Program-made: the position numbers and the translations under genes
Shown here: positions 9,461 through 18,672 of the stretch, piece by piece
How positions within the stretch are numbered: the first letter of the stretch is position 1
Layout of the letters: every line of letters begins with the position of its first letter
The notes under the pieces: generated by a model
Told to the model about the DNA's origin: nothing
Database searches by the model: none
The model's input: the letters and a program-made list of their open reading frames with translations, nothing else
NCBI GenBank assembly: GCA_049584655.1
Contig: JBAUYF010000038.1
Coordinates: 5,524-69,523 of the forward strand
Reading direction: 5' to 3'
DNA length: 64,000 nucleotides
Origin: Thermoplasmata archaeon
GTDB lineage: Archaea; Thermoplasmatota; Thermoplasmata; Lutacidiplasmatales; UBA184

Positions 9461-10150
9461 TTGGTACCAGCGGCTTTCGACCGCGCGCTGCTCGGCCGCC
9501 AACCTCAATTGAATCAAGCCTATTGTTGGGACCGAACGTCGGGGCGAACGATGGGGAAGCGAGTTGAGCCAGAACCGATGAGTCACCCAGGCACCTCCAT
9601 TCGACGCGTAAATTGGTCGAAGGAGCTAGGCGTAGTTCGTCAGTTCTTCCAGGATTACCGTCAATGGGTTGCCGACCACGAGGAAGTTACCGGACTTCTC
9701 GAATCCGGTACGTCGGCGGGCCTCAAGATGATCGACGAGCAGATCACGGATCTTCCGGGAGCCTACGGTCCTCCGCACGGCGAAGTCCTTTTCGGTGTCG
9801 AAAAGGAAACCATCGTGGCGTGTGGCGCTCTGCGGGAATTCCGACCGAAGGTCGCCGAAATCAAGCGACTCTTTGTGCGAGAGGACCACCGCGGCCCCGG
9901 CTTTGGCAAGCGACTGACGAGCGCACTTCTCGACCGCGCCGGCGAACTGAGGTACGAGAGTGTCCGAGTCGACACGCTCGCGACGATGGCGGCGGCGATT
10001 GAGTTCTATCAAGACCTGGGTTTCCGGCCCATTTCCTCGTATTGGCCTCACCCGGCCCCTGGCGCCCTATTCTTTGAATATCGAGTTATGAACGTGTCAA
10101 AGCCAACACGTCGATCCAGAACTACGAAAAAGAAACGGCCCGCCAAGTAG
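9461..10150 (+). CDS. GNAT family N-acetyltransferase
   Basis: Acetyl-CoA binding motif RGPGFGKRLTSALLDRA and ...AIEFYQDLGF. The true start may be the internal ATG near 9551. Confidence 0.75.
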   Translation: MVPAAFDRALLGRQPQLNQAYCWDRTSGRTMGKRVEPEPMSHPGTSIRRVNWSKELGVVRQFFQDYRQWVADHEEVTGLLESGTSAGLKMIDEQITDLPGAYGPPHGEVLFGVEKETIVACGALREFRPKVAEIKRLFVREDHRGPGFGKRLTSALLDRAGELRYESVRVDTLATMAAAIEFYQDLGFRPISSYWPHPAPGALFFEYRVMNVSKPTRRSRTTKKKRPAK

Positions 10151-10289
10151 GCACGGCCTGTTGGGGACTCGGGAAATTCGACGTGAGACGAGGCGACTTG
10201 GTACCGGCTTGGAAACCGCCGACGGTACCGGCCGGTCAATGATTCTCCACCCCTCTCCGGCCCCGATCAGGCGGGATGGCCCTGGGTCC

Positions 10290-10326
10290 AATGATTATAT
10301 ATTCCTTAAATACTTTAAATAGGAAT
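10290..10326 (+). promoter_or_regulatory. AT-rich archaeal promoter with TATA-like boxes upstream of tbp
   Basis: ATTATATATT at 10294-10303 and TTTAAATAGG at 10315-10324 sit immediately upstream of the ATG at 10327. The spacing fits a leaderless or short-leader archaeal transcript. Confidence 0.5.
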
Positions 10327-10950
10327 ATGAAACAAATCGAAATCCAGAACGTGGTCGCATCGACCGCTCTGAGCACGCAGCTTGATCTCCGAGTGATCGC
10401 GGATCAACTTGACGGGGCGGAATACGCCCCGGACGAGTTTCCCGGGTTGATTTATCGACTCAAGAAACCCAAGACGGCAATCCTGTTGTTTCATTCCGGT
10501 AAGGTCGTCTGCACAGGCGGAAAGAGTCAGAAGGACGTGGAGGAGTCCATCCGAACGATATCGCGCATGGTCCGGAAGACGGGCCAAAAGGTCACCTCTC
10601 GCCCCGTGATCGAGATCCAAAACATCGTCTCGACCGCGGACCTGGAAAGCGACCTCGACCTCAATGCGATCGCCGTCACCCTCGGCCTCGACCGGGTGGA
10701 GTATGAGCCCGAGCAGTTCCCGGGACTTGTCTATCGGCTCGAGAAGCCGAGGGTCGTGATCCTGCTCTTTGGGAGCGGCAAACTCGTCCTTACGGGAGCT
10801 CGAAAGCCGTCGGACGCCCAGGAAGCGGCCGAGCTCGTGAAGAGTGACCTGGAGAGAGCTGGTCTCCTCGTCGGGCGACGCGCCTCGAACCAGGCGCCCG
10901 TAGGTCAACCCGCTCGACCCGCACGATCGGCGCCCCAGATCTCCGCCTAG
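10327..10950 (+). CDS. tbp: TATA-box binding protein (TBP)
   Basis: Two direct TBP repeats (MKQIEIQNVVASTALSTQLDLRVIA...FPGLIYRL and IEIQNIVSTADLESDLDLNAIA...FPGLVYRL). The ATG at 10327 was chosen over the upstream tracked start. Confidence 0.9.
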   Translation: MKQIEIQNVVASTALSTQLDLRVIADQLDGAEYAPDEFPGLIYRLKKPKTAILLFHSGKVVCTGGKSQKDVEESIRTISRMVRKTGQKVTSRPVIEIQNIVSTADLESDLDLNAIAVTLGLDRVEYEPEQFPGLVYRLEKPRVVILLFGSGKLVLTGARKPSDAQEAAELVKSDLERAGLLVGRRASNQAPVGQPARPARSAPQISA

Positions 10951-11092
10951 AGCCTCTGCGCCCCGGGCATCGGTCCCGCCTAGCACCGCGGCGTACCGTC
11001 AGCGACCGCCTTAGATCCGGGGGGTCGCGTAAGAGATATCCGACTTTTCGGCTACCCAATTCTCCCATTCCTATCCGACGTCAGGCGATCTC

Positions 11093-11602
11093 ATGGTACG
11101 AAACCAAGGTCGAGTCACTCGTTTCGTCGTGATGGCCGTGCTCCAAGCGGCCCGCGCGCAGTCGCTGGGATTGCCGCACGGCTCCGCACTCTCCTGGGGG
11201 TTGAATCGCGCCATCTTCTACGCGGCGGCGAAGCAAGGGTTCCGCCAGCCACCCTCAAAGTCGGGTGGAGAGCCGAGTAAGTCCGTCGCGGCGCCTCCTC
11301 CCGAGTTGTATCGTCTGGGCCAAGACGAGGCATACCGCGACCCAAACGCTCGCGAACTCACCTTCGCGATCGGTGGCGAAGCCCAAACTGTCGAGCGATT
11401 CGAAAAGCAGGTGGCCTCCCGCTTCGGCACGAAGGAGAATTTTCGAGCGGCGTGGGACGAAGCGATGCACATAGTCGGAGAGTTCGACCGGGCCGCGTTG
11501 GAATCGCCTCCGCGCTTTTACGAAGAAGTGTACAAGCCACGACGAGACGAACTCTCCGACTCGTGGACCCAGCGGTATTCTCCGCCCCCCAAGAAGAAGT
11601 AG
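11093..11602 (+). CDS. Hypothetical protein
   Basis: 169-aa ORF with a hydrophobic N-terminus. No recognisable domain. It is overlapped only by weaker antisense ORFs. Confidence 0.3.
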   Translation: MVRNQGRVTRFVVMAVLQAARAQSLGLPHGSALSWGLNRAIFYAAAKQGFRQPPSKSGGEPSKSVAAPPPELYRLGQDEAYRDPNARELTFAIGGEAQTVERFEKQVASRFGTKENFRAAWDEAMHIVGEFDRAALESPPRFYEEVYKPRRDELSDSWTQRYSPPPKKK

Positions 11603-11630
11603 TCGCCGTTGCGCGAAATGCACCTCCTGA

Positions 11631-12203
11631 GTGCATCGTTCTATCGGCCGACTGGAGCCACGTGTTGGCAAGTTTCGATCGTGTACACAGTTAGCCGTGA
11701 ATATTCTGGCGCAGCCTGGCGAGCGAGCCGGTCCACTCTCGCCTCTCGAACTTTATCAGGACCCGGGATTTGTGCCTCGTATGACCGCGACGGAGGAGAG
11801 GCCCATTTGGGTCGGTTCCATTGTCGTCGATTGTACCAACCTGGAGCAAATGATCCGGTTCTGGAGCGAGGCGCTTCACTATGTCCCGAGGGGTCCCGTT
11901 CGACCCGATGGCGTCATACTCCAGGACCCGAAAGGTATCGGACCGAATCTAAACCTGAGTTTGTCGAATGAGGGCCCGCTCGCAGAATATCGACTCCATT
12001 TGGACCTCTATGTCAAGGATCCCCTCGCCGAGCAGGAACGGCTCCTGCAACTCGGCGCCACGATCAATTTCCCGGCTCAGAAGGGGAAAGATTTCATCAC
12101 CTTAGCTGACCCGGACGGGAATCTGTTCTGTCTAATCGATATTGATTGGCCGAAGGATCGGAACTACTGGGGGGACGAGTGGGAGTTTGGGCGACGGGAT
12201 TGA
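11631..12203 (+). CDS. VOC family protein (glyoxalase / bleomycin resistance / dioxygenase fold)
   Basis: IVVDCTNLEQMIRFWSEAL...HLDLYV...FITLADPDGNLFCLID. The true start may be the internal ATG near 11781 (MTATEERPIW). Confidence 0.65.
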   Translation: MHRSIGRLEPRVGKFRSCTQLAVNILAQPGERAGPLSPLELYQDPGFVPRMTATEERPIWVGSIVVDCTNLEQMIRFWSEALHYVPRGPVRPDGVILQDPKGIGPNLNLSLSNEGPLAEYRLHLDLYVKDPLAEQERLLQLGATINFPAQKGKDFITLADPDGNLFCLIDIDWPKDRNYWGDEWEFGRRD

Positions 12204-12753
12204 GTCCTCCCGGCCCGCCGATCGTCGAAGGAGTACGCCCACCAGGCTCGGTCGAAGCGGAGTCGCTCGGCGTTTGGGATTTTGTTTTCCGAGAGGCCGT
12301 GAAGGTAATCTTCGCCTCCGCCATTCTGAAGTACCGTGAGCGAGAACGGCCCCCGCGAAGGTACCCGCGACCTGCCGCGCCGAAGCCCCGATGCCGGTCA
12401 CCGCAGTGTCGATGACGACAGCGTCGCCGGCACGGCCTACGGAATACTCTCCCGGTCACTCCGAAGAAGGAGGGCGGAGTTAGTCGCGTTGATGGAGGCG
12501 GGAGGGGCCGTTGAAACGGTGGCTAGCGCCTACCAAGCCCAACACCCACTCGAACCGGCGGTGAGCCGGGAAGAGATCGAGGCGGCCGTCAACGAAGCGA
12601 AGTCGGGGACTGCACGGACAGACGCGAGAGTCGCACAACCCCGGCACCGGCCCTTGGGACCGCGGGACCATTCGCGATAGAACGCGACGGCAATCGTCTC
12701 GTGGATCCAATCCGCTCCCGCGCGGAGGCCGATGAAGGCAGTCCAGCTTGAGA

Positions 12754-13416
12754 TCAGCTTTCCGAAGTGGCGTCCTTGGGAGCCAGACCCTTCCCATCAG
12801 GAGACGCGGGTGGCCCTCGTCGACGCACCTCACGGAACCTCGAGATGATCGTCAGGTTTCGTCCCACGAGGATACCTGCCACGAAGGAGAAGAGGGCGTC
12901 TGCGGTACGGAGGGACCACTCCTCGAGGGGCGACAGTGGATGTGGGATCTGCCCGATGTAAGTGCCCCCGACCAGGATCAGTTCCAGGCCGAGCTCGCCC
13001 AAAAATAGGATCGCGAAAACGATGGGGAGCCAAATGCCGCGCGTCCGGACGTACCATCCGTCGTCGGGGCGCCACTCGAACTCGACATCGCGTTTCGTTT
13101 CACGCCGGGCAAACAGAGCACCGAGGAGGACGAGTCCCACGTAGAGCGTTCCTAGTCCCGCTAGTAGGAGAGTTTCTCCGGAGGGGACCGAAAGGAGCGC
13201 GCCGACGACGAACGCCGACAGGATCGCGATATAGATGATAGCGTAAGCAACCAGGCCCCCGACGCTCGCGCGGACGCCCTTGACCATGTGGTAAGCGCGC
13301 ACCAGGATCAAGGCACCCAGGAGCGCCCCGAACGCAATGTTACCAAAAATGTCGAGGTCGAAGAGTATCGTAACCTGCGGCACTGGGAACTCAGCGTGGA
13401 CCAGCGGTCGGGCCAC
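12754..13416 (-). CDS. Hypothetical polytopic membrane protein
   Basis: 220 aa with about 6 hydrophobic helices and a charged C-terminal tail. Confidence 0.5.
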   Translation of the reverse strand: MARPLVHAEFPVPQVTILFDLDIFGNIAFGALLGALILVRAYHMVKGVRASVGGLVAYAIIYIAILSAFVVGALLSVPSGETLLLAGLGTLYVGLVLLGALFARRETKRDVEFEWRPDDGWYVRTRGIWLPIVFAILFLGELGLELILVGGTYIGQIPHPLSPLEEWSLRTADALFSFVAGILVGRNLTIISRFREVRRRGPPASPDGKGLAPKDATSES

Positions 13417-13442
13417 TTAACTCCGCGCGCGTAGAATCTCGC

Positions 13443-13742
13443 TTAACGGCGGCGCGTCCTCGGTGTCCAGCCATGGAGGTCCATTCGCACCCTTCGGCCC
13501 CGGAACGTGACGCCCTCGATCTCGAGGCGTAAGCGCTGCTCTCGACCCTCTTCGCCGGGGAGAGCAATCCGGCCGCCCGCGGCCACTACCCGATGCCACG
13601 GCAACCCCGTGGTCTGCAGCGCCCGTACGGTGAGTCGAGCGGCCCGGGGGAATCCCGCTGCCGCCGCCACCTGGCCATACGTGATCACTTTCCCCCGCGG
13701 CACGCGGGCGATCACTGCCCTAAACGCGGCCAGCGATCGCAT
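13443..13742 (-). CDS. Alkyltransferase-like (ATL) protein: MGMT DNA-binding domain with Trp replacing the active-site Cys
   Basis: 99 aa. GQVAAAAGFPRAARLTVRALQTTGLPWHRVV has PWHRV where O6-alkylguanine transferases have PCHRV. Cys-to-Trp is the hallmark of ATL proteins (E. coli YbaZ, S. pombe Atl1). Confidence 0.7.
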   Translation of the reverse strand: MRSLAAFRAVIARVPRGKVITYGQVAAAAGFPRAARLTVRALQTTGLPWHRVVAAGGRIALPGEEGREQRLRLEIEGVTFRGRRVRMDLHGWTPRTRRR

Positions 13743-14062
13743 TCAAATTCCTGGGGTTTCGGAACACCAGAGGCATCGGGTTACTCCTCCTTTCTGGACC
13801 ATTGGAGCGTGAAAGAGGATAACGAACATTACCGGCCCTAGAAGCAGGCGGCCCGAGGGGAAAACCCGGCTCCCGCTCTGTCTACCTTAAGATTCGGATG
13901 TTGCGAGATCGTCGGACTCATACCATGGCCCTTACCGTTCGGACCCCCGCAGGAACTTCTTCCCTGCGGGAGGGTTTCACATTTAACACCTTAACTGCGC
14001 TTGAGCCGCCCCTTAACCGTCAACGGACAATCGTAGGCTTGCGAAATCAAGGAGTGGTTCGA

Positions 14063-14302
14063 ATGAAATGTGAACACTGCGGAACCGAGTTCAACGGCGA
14101 AGGAATGACGTGCCCCGGATGCGGCCAGATCAGCAACGTGGGGCATACCACCGTGGGCGCGCCCGGTACGGTCGGGCCTGCGAGGGCCAACGGGTCGCAT
14201 GAGGTGCGCAACTCGAGTACCCCGCAATCCGAGCGTACCGCGCCAGTACTCACAAATCCGGGCCGGCCTCGCGGGGAAGTCATCGAGGGCGCCGGGGGTT
14301 AG
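14063..14302 (+). CDS. Small zinc-ribbon protein
   Basis: MKCEHCGTEFNGEGMTCPGCGQ gives two CxxC pairs. An AGGAG-like purine tract lies 6-14 nt upstream (14049-14057). The start was moved to the ATG at 14063. Confidence 0.5.
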   Translation: MKCEHCGTEFNGEGMTCPGCGQISNVGHTTVGAPGTVGPARANGSHEVRNSSTPQSERTAPVLTNPGRPRGEVIEGAGG

Positions 14303-14304
14303 AC

Positions 14305-14325
14305 GGCGGACTTTTTTTTTCCGCC
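14305..14325 (+). terminator. Hairpin with oligo-T loop or tail immediately after the zinc-ribbon gene stop
   Basis: GGCGGA-CTTTTTTTTT-TCCGCC. A T-run is the canonical archaeal termination signal. Confidence 0.45.
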
Positions 14326-14547
14326 AAATTATTCGTCCGTTCGTCCTGCGTCCCGCGACCTTACTAAGACGCCTCGCCGCTGCGAGTCCTGCCTTGTTTA
14401 GAAAGCCGATAAGCACCCGAAGGACAGTCCAACCGAAGGCTTCCCAATTCGTTATTCGACCGTCCACATGGGGATCGACTCCCTCAAGAGTGCCTTGGTA
14501 GGTTCGCTACTTTCCGCCGTCTTCGTTCGATAGGCCTCGGGCCGAAC

Positions 14548-15219
14548 TCAGGGCGGGCTAGCGAGATGTGCCCAGACGATGTTGATGCCATACAACACCG
14601 CGGCGACGCCGGCCAAGATGACCGCCGCCATGAAAAGACCGAGGAGGACTCTCCACAGCCAGGGGTAGTTCGGGATGGGTGGCGAGGGCAGTGGGTCGGC
14701 TCCGGGAACCTGGGGGCCGACGACGAACCAATCAATGAACAGCGTCGCGGGGTAAACCATGATCGCGACCCCGCCGAATGCGAGGTACATCAGCAAGGTC
14801 TCATACGCGTCCTGGGTGAGATTGAGTTGGTAGGCGCGGAATCCGTAGAAGAGCACCCCCAATCCGATGATAACTGAAAACATCCCGACAAAGTGGGTCG
14901 GGAGGCGCATCCAGATCGTGACCGCGAACGCGACCGTTAGAAGCGCCAACAGGACGAGCACGTCGAAAAAGAATAGATCGTATGACGTAGCCCCCGGAAA
15001 GCCGTTGATGGGCCAAGTGAACTCCCCCCAAATGGCGAAGAGTCCGATGATCAGCCCCAGCATTCCGATCAGGAGGGCTCCCGCCCGGAGATGGCTGTAC
15101 GCCCGGACCGGATCTTTCCGGTGGAACTCGAACCAAACGAGGGCCCCCGTGTAGAAGACCGTCGCGCAAAGCAGGATCAGCAGGTCGATTACGAGGCTCA
15201 GATCGTCGATGAAACTCAT
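14548..15219 (-). CDS. Hypothetical polytopic membrane protein
   Basis: 223 aa with about 6-7 TM helices. No recognisable family. Confidence 0.5.
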   Translation of the reverse strand: MSFIDDLSLVIDLLILLCATVFYTGALVWFEFHRKDPVRAYSHLRAGALLIGMLGLIIGLFAIWGEFTWPINGFPGATSYDLFFFDVLVLLALLTVAFAVTIWMRLPTHFVGMFSVIIGLGVLFYGFRAYQLNLTQDAYETLLMYLAFGGVAIMVYPATLFIDWFVVGPQVPGADPLPSPPIPNYPWLWRVLLGLFMAAVILAGVAAVLYGINIVWAHLASPP

Positions 15220-15526
15220 TTCAGCACTTTCAACCCTTAACCGGGGAGCCCCGATAAAGCCCCGGGTACGATTTTGTGCCCCGGGCCCCGAACTTCAGAA
15301 CCTGCATCGCCATTTACCGACAGGATGCCCTCAGGCTCGCTAGGAAGATCGCGTCGTCTCTGCAAGCGCCCGCAAGGCAACTAGGGATGGACGCGAAGGA
15401 GCCGATTGTCCGGCGTTTCGTCAAGCCACACCGAAAGTTGTACCGCGCCTTAGTGCGGGTATGGCGACGTCGGGACGGCGTCGTTCCATTCGCGGCCCTC
15501 TGTCGTCAACAATCAGGTGACCACCG

Positions 15527-16078
15527 GTGGAGGAGTTTAATGACTCCGATCACGTTTCCGTCGCAGCCGTCATGAAGCGCAACCAGCCGCCCCGAATCTA
15601 TCGCATCCTGCTCCAAGCGCGAAATTTGACCCGATCTCGACGTTTCTACGAGTCGCTCCTTTCCATTCGAGGTCGACTCGTAGGGGGTGGCCGGATCTAC
15701 TTCGATTGCGGTCCCATTCTCCTGGGGATCTTGGACTACTCCTCCGTTCCACGCACCAAGGTCACGACCCCCACGGAGGCACTGTACTTTGCCACGAGCG
15801 ACCTCGAGAGCGTACATCGACGGGCGCGCCGATTGCGCTGCCTCACCTCGGGACTTCTGCACGACGACCCTTCCAGTCCGCTCGGCGAGATCGTCGTGCG
15901 ACCGTGGGGGGAGCGGTCGTTCTATGCGGAGGATCCCTCCGGCAACCCGCTCTGCTTTGTGGACGAACGCACCCTATTCACCGGAACTCCGCAACAGGTT
16001 GCCGCTCTCCGTCGAGCGCACCGCGCGCCGGTCAGATCACGGAGCGCGGGGCGAAGCAAGCAGCCCAAATCTCGATAA
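15527..16078 (+). CDS. VOC family protein (glyoxalase-like)
   Basis: RIYRILLQARNLTRSRRFYESLL...EIVVRPWGERSFYAEDPSGNPLCFVDE. The start is probably the internal ATG near 15572. Confidence 0.6.
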   Translation: MEEFNDSDHVSVAAVMKRNQPPRIYRILLQARNLTRSRRFYESLLSIRGRLVGGGRIYFDCGPILLGILDYSSVPRTKVTTPTEALYFATSDLESVHRRARRLRCLTSGLLHDDPSSPLGEIVVRPWGERSFYAEDPSGNPLCFVDERTLFTGTPQQVAALRRAHRAPVRSRSAGRSKQPKSR

Positions 16079-16196
16079 TTCGTATCGGCGGCCCGTGTTC
16101 GGAACGGCGACGCATTCGAAATGGACGGATGTGCTCGGCTGATTCCCCGCGACCGGCGTGCAAGGCTTGTCCTCCGGGCTATAGCTCCCGCACGTT

Positions 16197-17798
16197 TCAA
16201 ACACTGCGTTGGCTCGTGATATCTTCCCCGGGCGCCGTGAGCTCCCCGCCGACATGCTCCTTGTCTTCCGAGGGGCCTTGTGGGACCCGGCCCACGAAAA
16301 ACAGGGAGAACACGAAGGCGAGAGCGATGCAGACCGCTAGGATGAGGAAGAGCTCGTTGTAGGTGGTCACGAGTGCGTTTTGCATATCGACGGGCGTAGG
16401 GGTTCCCCCGGATAGGCTTCGGTACCGCCACGTTTCATAGACCGTCAAGAGCGAGATGCCTAACGCGCCGCCGAGACTCTGCAGAAATCGGGTGATCCCG
16501 ATAGCCGCGCCGACCTCGGCGCCGGGAGCCTCATTTTGGACGGCGATCGTCGTCCCCGCTAAGGAGAGCCCTAGACCGAAACCGAGCGGAATCAACGGGA
16601 GCGCGATTCCGCCGATCGGGAGGAACCCTCCAGCCAGTACCCAGAGGGGAGTGGACGAGGTCAGATCAGTGAGGAAGAAGGCCGACACGCTCGAGAGCGC
16701 GAGGCCCGTAGCCAGGAGGTTCCGATACGAAATTCGGGTGAGTATCTGCCCCGAAAGGGCTGCGCCCAAGATCAATGGAACCGCCAGGAAGTAAATGATG
16801 TCGCGCACGTCGCTCGTGGCGTTCGGACCGTCTTGCAACAAAACGATGCCGACAAAGACCGAGAGGAATGTGATGAGCGAACTGAAGACAACGCCCGTAA
16901 ACAGCATCGTCCCGCTACTCGCAGCGATCACCCGCCGTCCTAGCAGACGAAGCGGTACGAGCGGTTCCGTCGTTCGGAACTCCCACCAGAGAAACGCGGC
17001 CAAAAGCACAATCGCCGATGCCAAGAGGCTGATGACGCGTGGATCCGACCACGTCCATCCGGCATCGGCCACTTGCACCAAGGCGAACATCAAGGAGCCC
17101 ACCCAGCCAGTGAGCAGCGCCGCCCCCACAGTATCGAACCGGCCTGAGATCGCCGGCCGCAGCGGGCCCACCGCGACCAACAGTACCACCATCGCCAGGA
17201 TCCCGAAGGGCAAATTGATGTAGAACACCCATCGCCAGGTTGTGACCGACACAATGTAGCTCCCCACGAGCGGCCCTAGCACGATCGCGAGCCCCGACGC
17301 TCCCGCGAGCATGCCGGTGACCCGAGCGCGGGTCTTCGGAGGGAACATGACGGCCACCATCGCGATGGCGACGGGGAACACGCCCCCCCCGCCGAACCCT
17401 TGGATGCCCCGGAACACGATCAGCTCCGCGAGATTCTGGCTCAGTCCCGCGAGGGCGGAACCCGCGATGAACACCGCGAGGCCCGCGACAAAGACGTTTC
17501 GTCGGCTCGTGATGTCCGATAGACGAGAGAAGATAGGGATCGAAATCGTGGACGAGATGAGATACGCGCTGACGACAAAAGTCACTCCATTGACCTGGTG
17601 AAGGTCGACGGCGATTTTCGGAAGGACGGTGGCCACGACGAGCGAGTCCATGGCCCCCATCAGGATCGCCAGGAATACGGCGACGAGCACCAGGATCGCC
17701 CCGATCTCCGAGAGATTTCCGAAGGGGGTCGTGTCTTCGGACTTCGCGGATTTCGTGCTCAGCGGGCCGGAGTCGGGCATGGTCGGCGGGTCGACCAT
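16197..17798 (-). CDS. MFS transporter, DHA2 (EmrB/QacA) drug:H+ antiporter family, 14 TMS
   Basis: 533 aa with the motif LAGLSQNLAELIVFRGIQGFGGGG and 14 hydrophobic segments. Confidence 0.85.
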   Translation of the reverse strand: MVDPPTMPDSGPLSTKSAKSEDTTPFGNLSEIGAILVLVAVFLAILMGAMDSLVVATVLPKIAVDLHQVNGVTFVVSAYLISSTISIPIFSRLSDITSRRNVFVAGLAVFIAGSALAGLSQNLAELIVFRGIQGFGGGGVFPVAIAMVAVMFPPKTRARVTGMLAGASGLAIVLGPLVGSYIVSVTTWRWVFYINLPFGILAMVVLLVAVGPLRPAISGRFDTVGAALLTGWVGSLMFALVQVADAGWTWSDPRVISLLASAIVLLAAFLWWEFRTTEPLVPLRLLGRRVIAASSGTMLFTGVVFSSLITFLSVFVGIVLLQDGPNATSDVRDIIYFLAVPLILGAALSGQILTRISYRNLLATGLALSSVSAFFLTDLTSSTPLWVLAGGFLPIGGIALPLIPLGFGLGLSLAGTTIAVQNEAPGAEVGAAIGITRFLQSLGGALGISLLTVYETWRYRSLSGGTPTPVDMQNALVTTYNELFLILAVCIALAFVFSLFFVGRVPQGPSEDKEHVGGELTAPGEDITSQRSV

Positions 17799-17867
17799 GA
17801 CTGCTGGTCACTATAAAGTCTTACGGTCATTTATTTGGACGCAAGAAGGTAGAAATACCATCCAGCC

Positions 17868-18485
17868 GTGCCCAATGGCAAGAGCCCTGAGGAAACTGAC
17901 GCCGGAATGCCGAAGGTCGTTGCGGAATACAAGGCGCAGGCGCGAGATCGGATCGTGGCCGCGGCCCGTGTGGTGTTCCGTCGCGAAGGATTCTGGAGCG
18001 CGACGATGGACGACATTGCCCGTGAGATCGGTGTCAGCAAGGGAGCCCTTTACCTCTATTTTCGAACCAAGAACGATCTGTTGGAGGAAATTCAGAATCG
18101 TTTCCGCAGCGAGGTACTTCAGGGGTGGGAGGGACTACTCGAGAAGGGGGACGTGGCGGAGGGGATCGCGAACTCCTTAGACGCGGTCTTCTCACGGGAA
18201 GTGGACCCGGGGGTTTGGCACGAGCTAGGAGCGGCGTCGGCGGCGGACCCGGCGCTTCGACGCGTCCTGGAAAAGGACGCACGCGAGGATCAGAGGCTCA
18301 TGAGACGGTTCCTGCTCCGACTCCAGCAACGCGGACGGATCCCCACATCGAAGGACCCCAGTGCGCTCGCGGACGTCGTCATATCCCTGCTGCGCGGAAC
18401 CGTTGCCGAACTCATGATTCAAGGTCAGGCCACGATCTCTCGGAAGCGACTGGTGCGTTCACTACGTCTGGTCCTCGGTATGTAA
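17868..18485 (+). CDS. TetR/AcrR family transcriptional regulator
   Basis: N-terminal HTH FRREGFWSATMDDIAREIGVSKGALYLYFRTKNDLL. It is divergent from the MFS pump, the classic repressor-pump pair. Confidence 0.85.
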   Translation: MPNGKSPEETDAGMPKVVAEYKAQARDRIVAAARVVFRREGFWSATMDDIAREIGVSKGALYLYFRTKNDLLEEIQNRFRSEVLQGWEGLLEKGDVAEGIANSLDAVFSREVDPGVWHELGAASAADPALRRVLEKDAREDQRLMRRFLLRLQQRGRIPTSKDPSALADVVISLLRGTVAELMIQGQATISRKRLVRSLRLVLGM

Positions 18486-18672
18486 CCTGACGATTCTCCG
18501 CGCGCAAGCTCGGAAGTCCCCCTTCCATGTCCCCCGTCCAACCCCCTGGATTCCTGGTCGGTCTCTCGGGAGTCGTCGGATCTTTCCCTGCCCGGGTACG
18601 GCCTCTGCACGATCGCCCCCTCCAAACATACATACGAGTCAAACGACCTAGAATCTTCGGAGACTCGCGCGA

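Noticed and set aside
9440-10210. 12-bp direct repeat CGACTTGGTACC flanking the GNAT gene (near 9451 and 10196) as target-site duplication
   Set aside because: A 12-mer is expected to recur by chance many times in 64 kb. The match does not extend beyond 12-13 nt.
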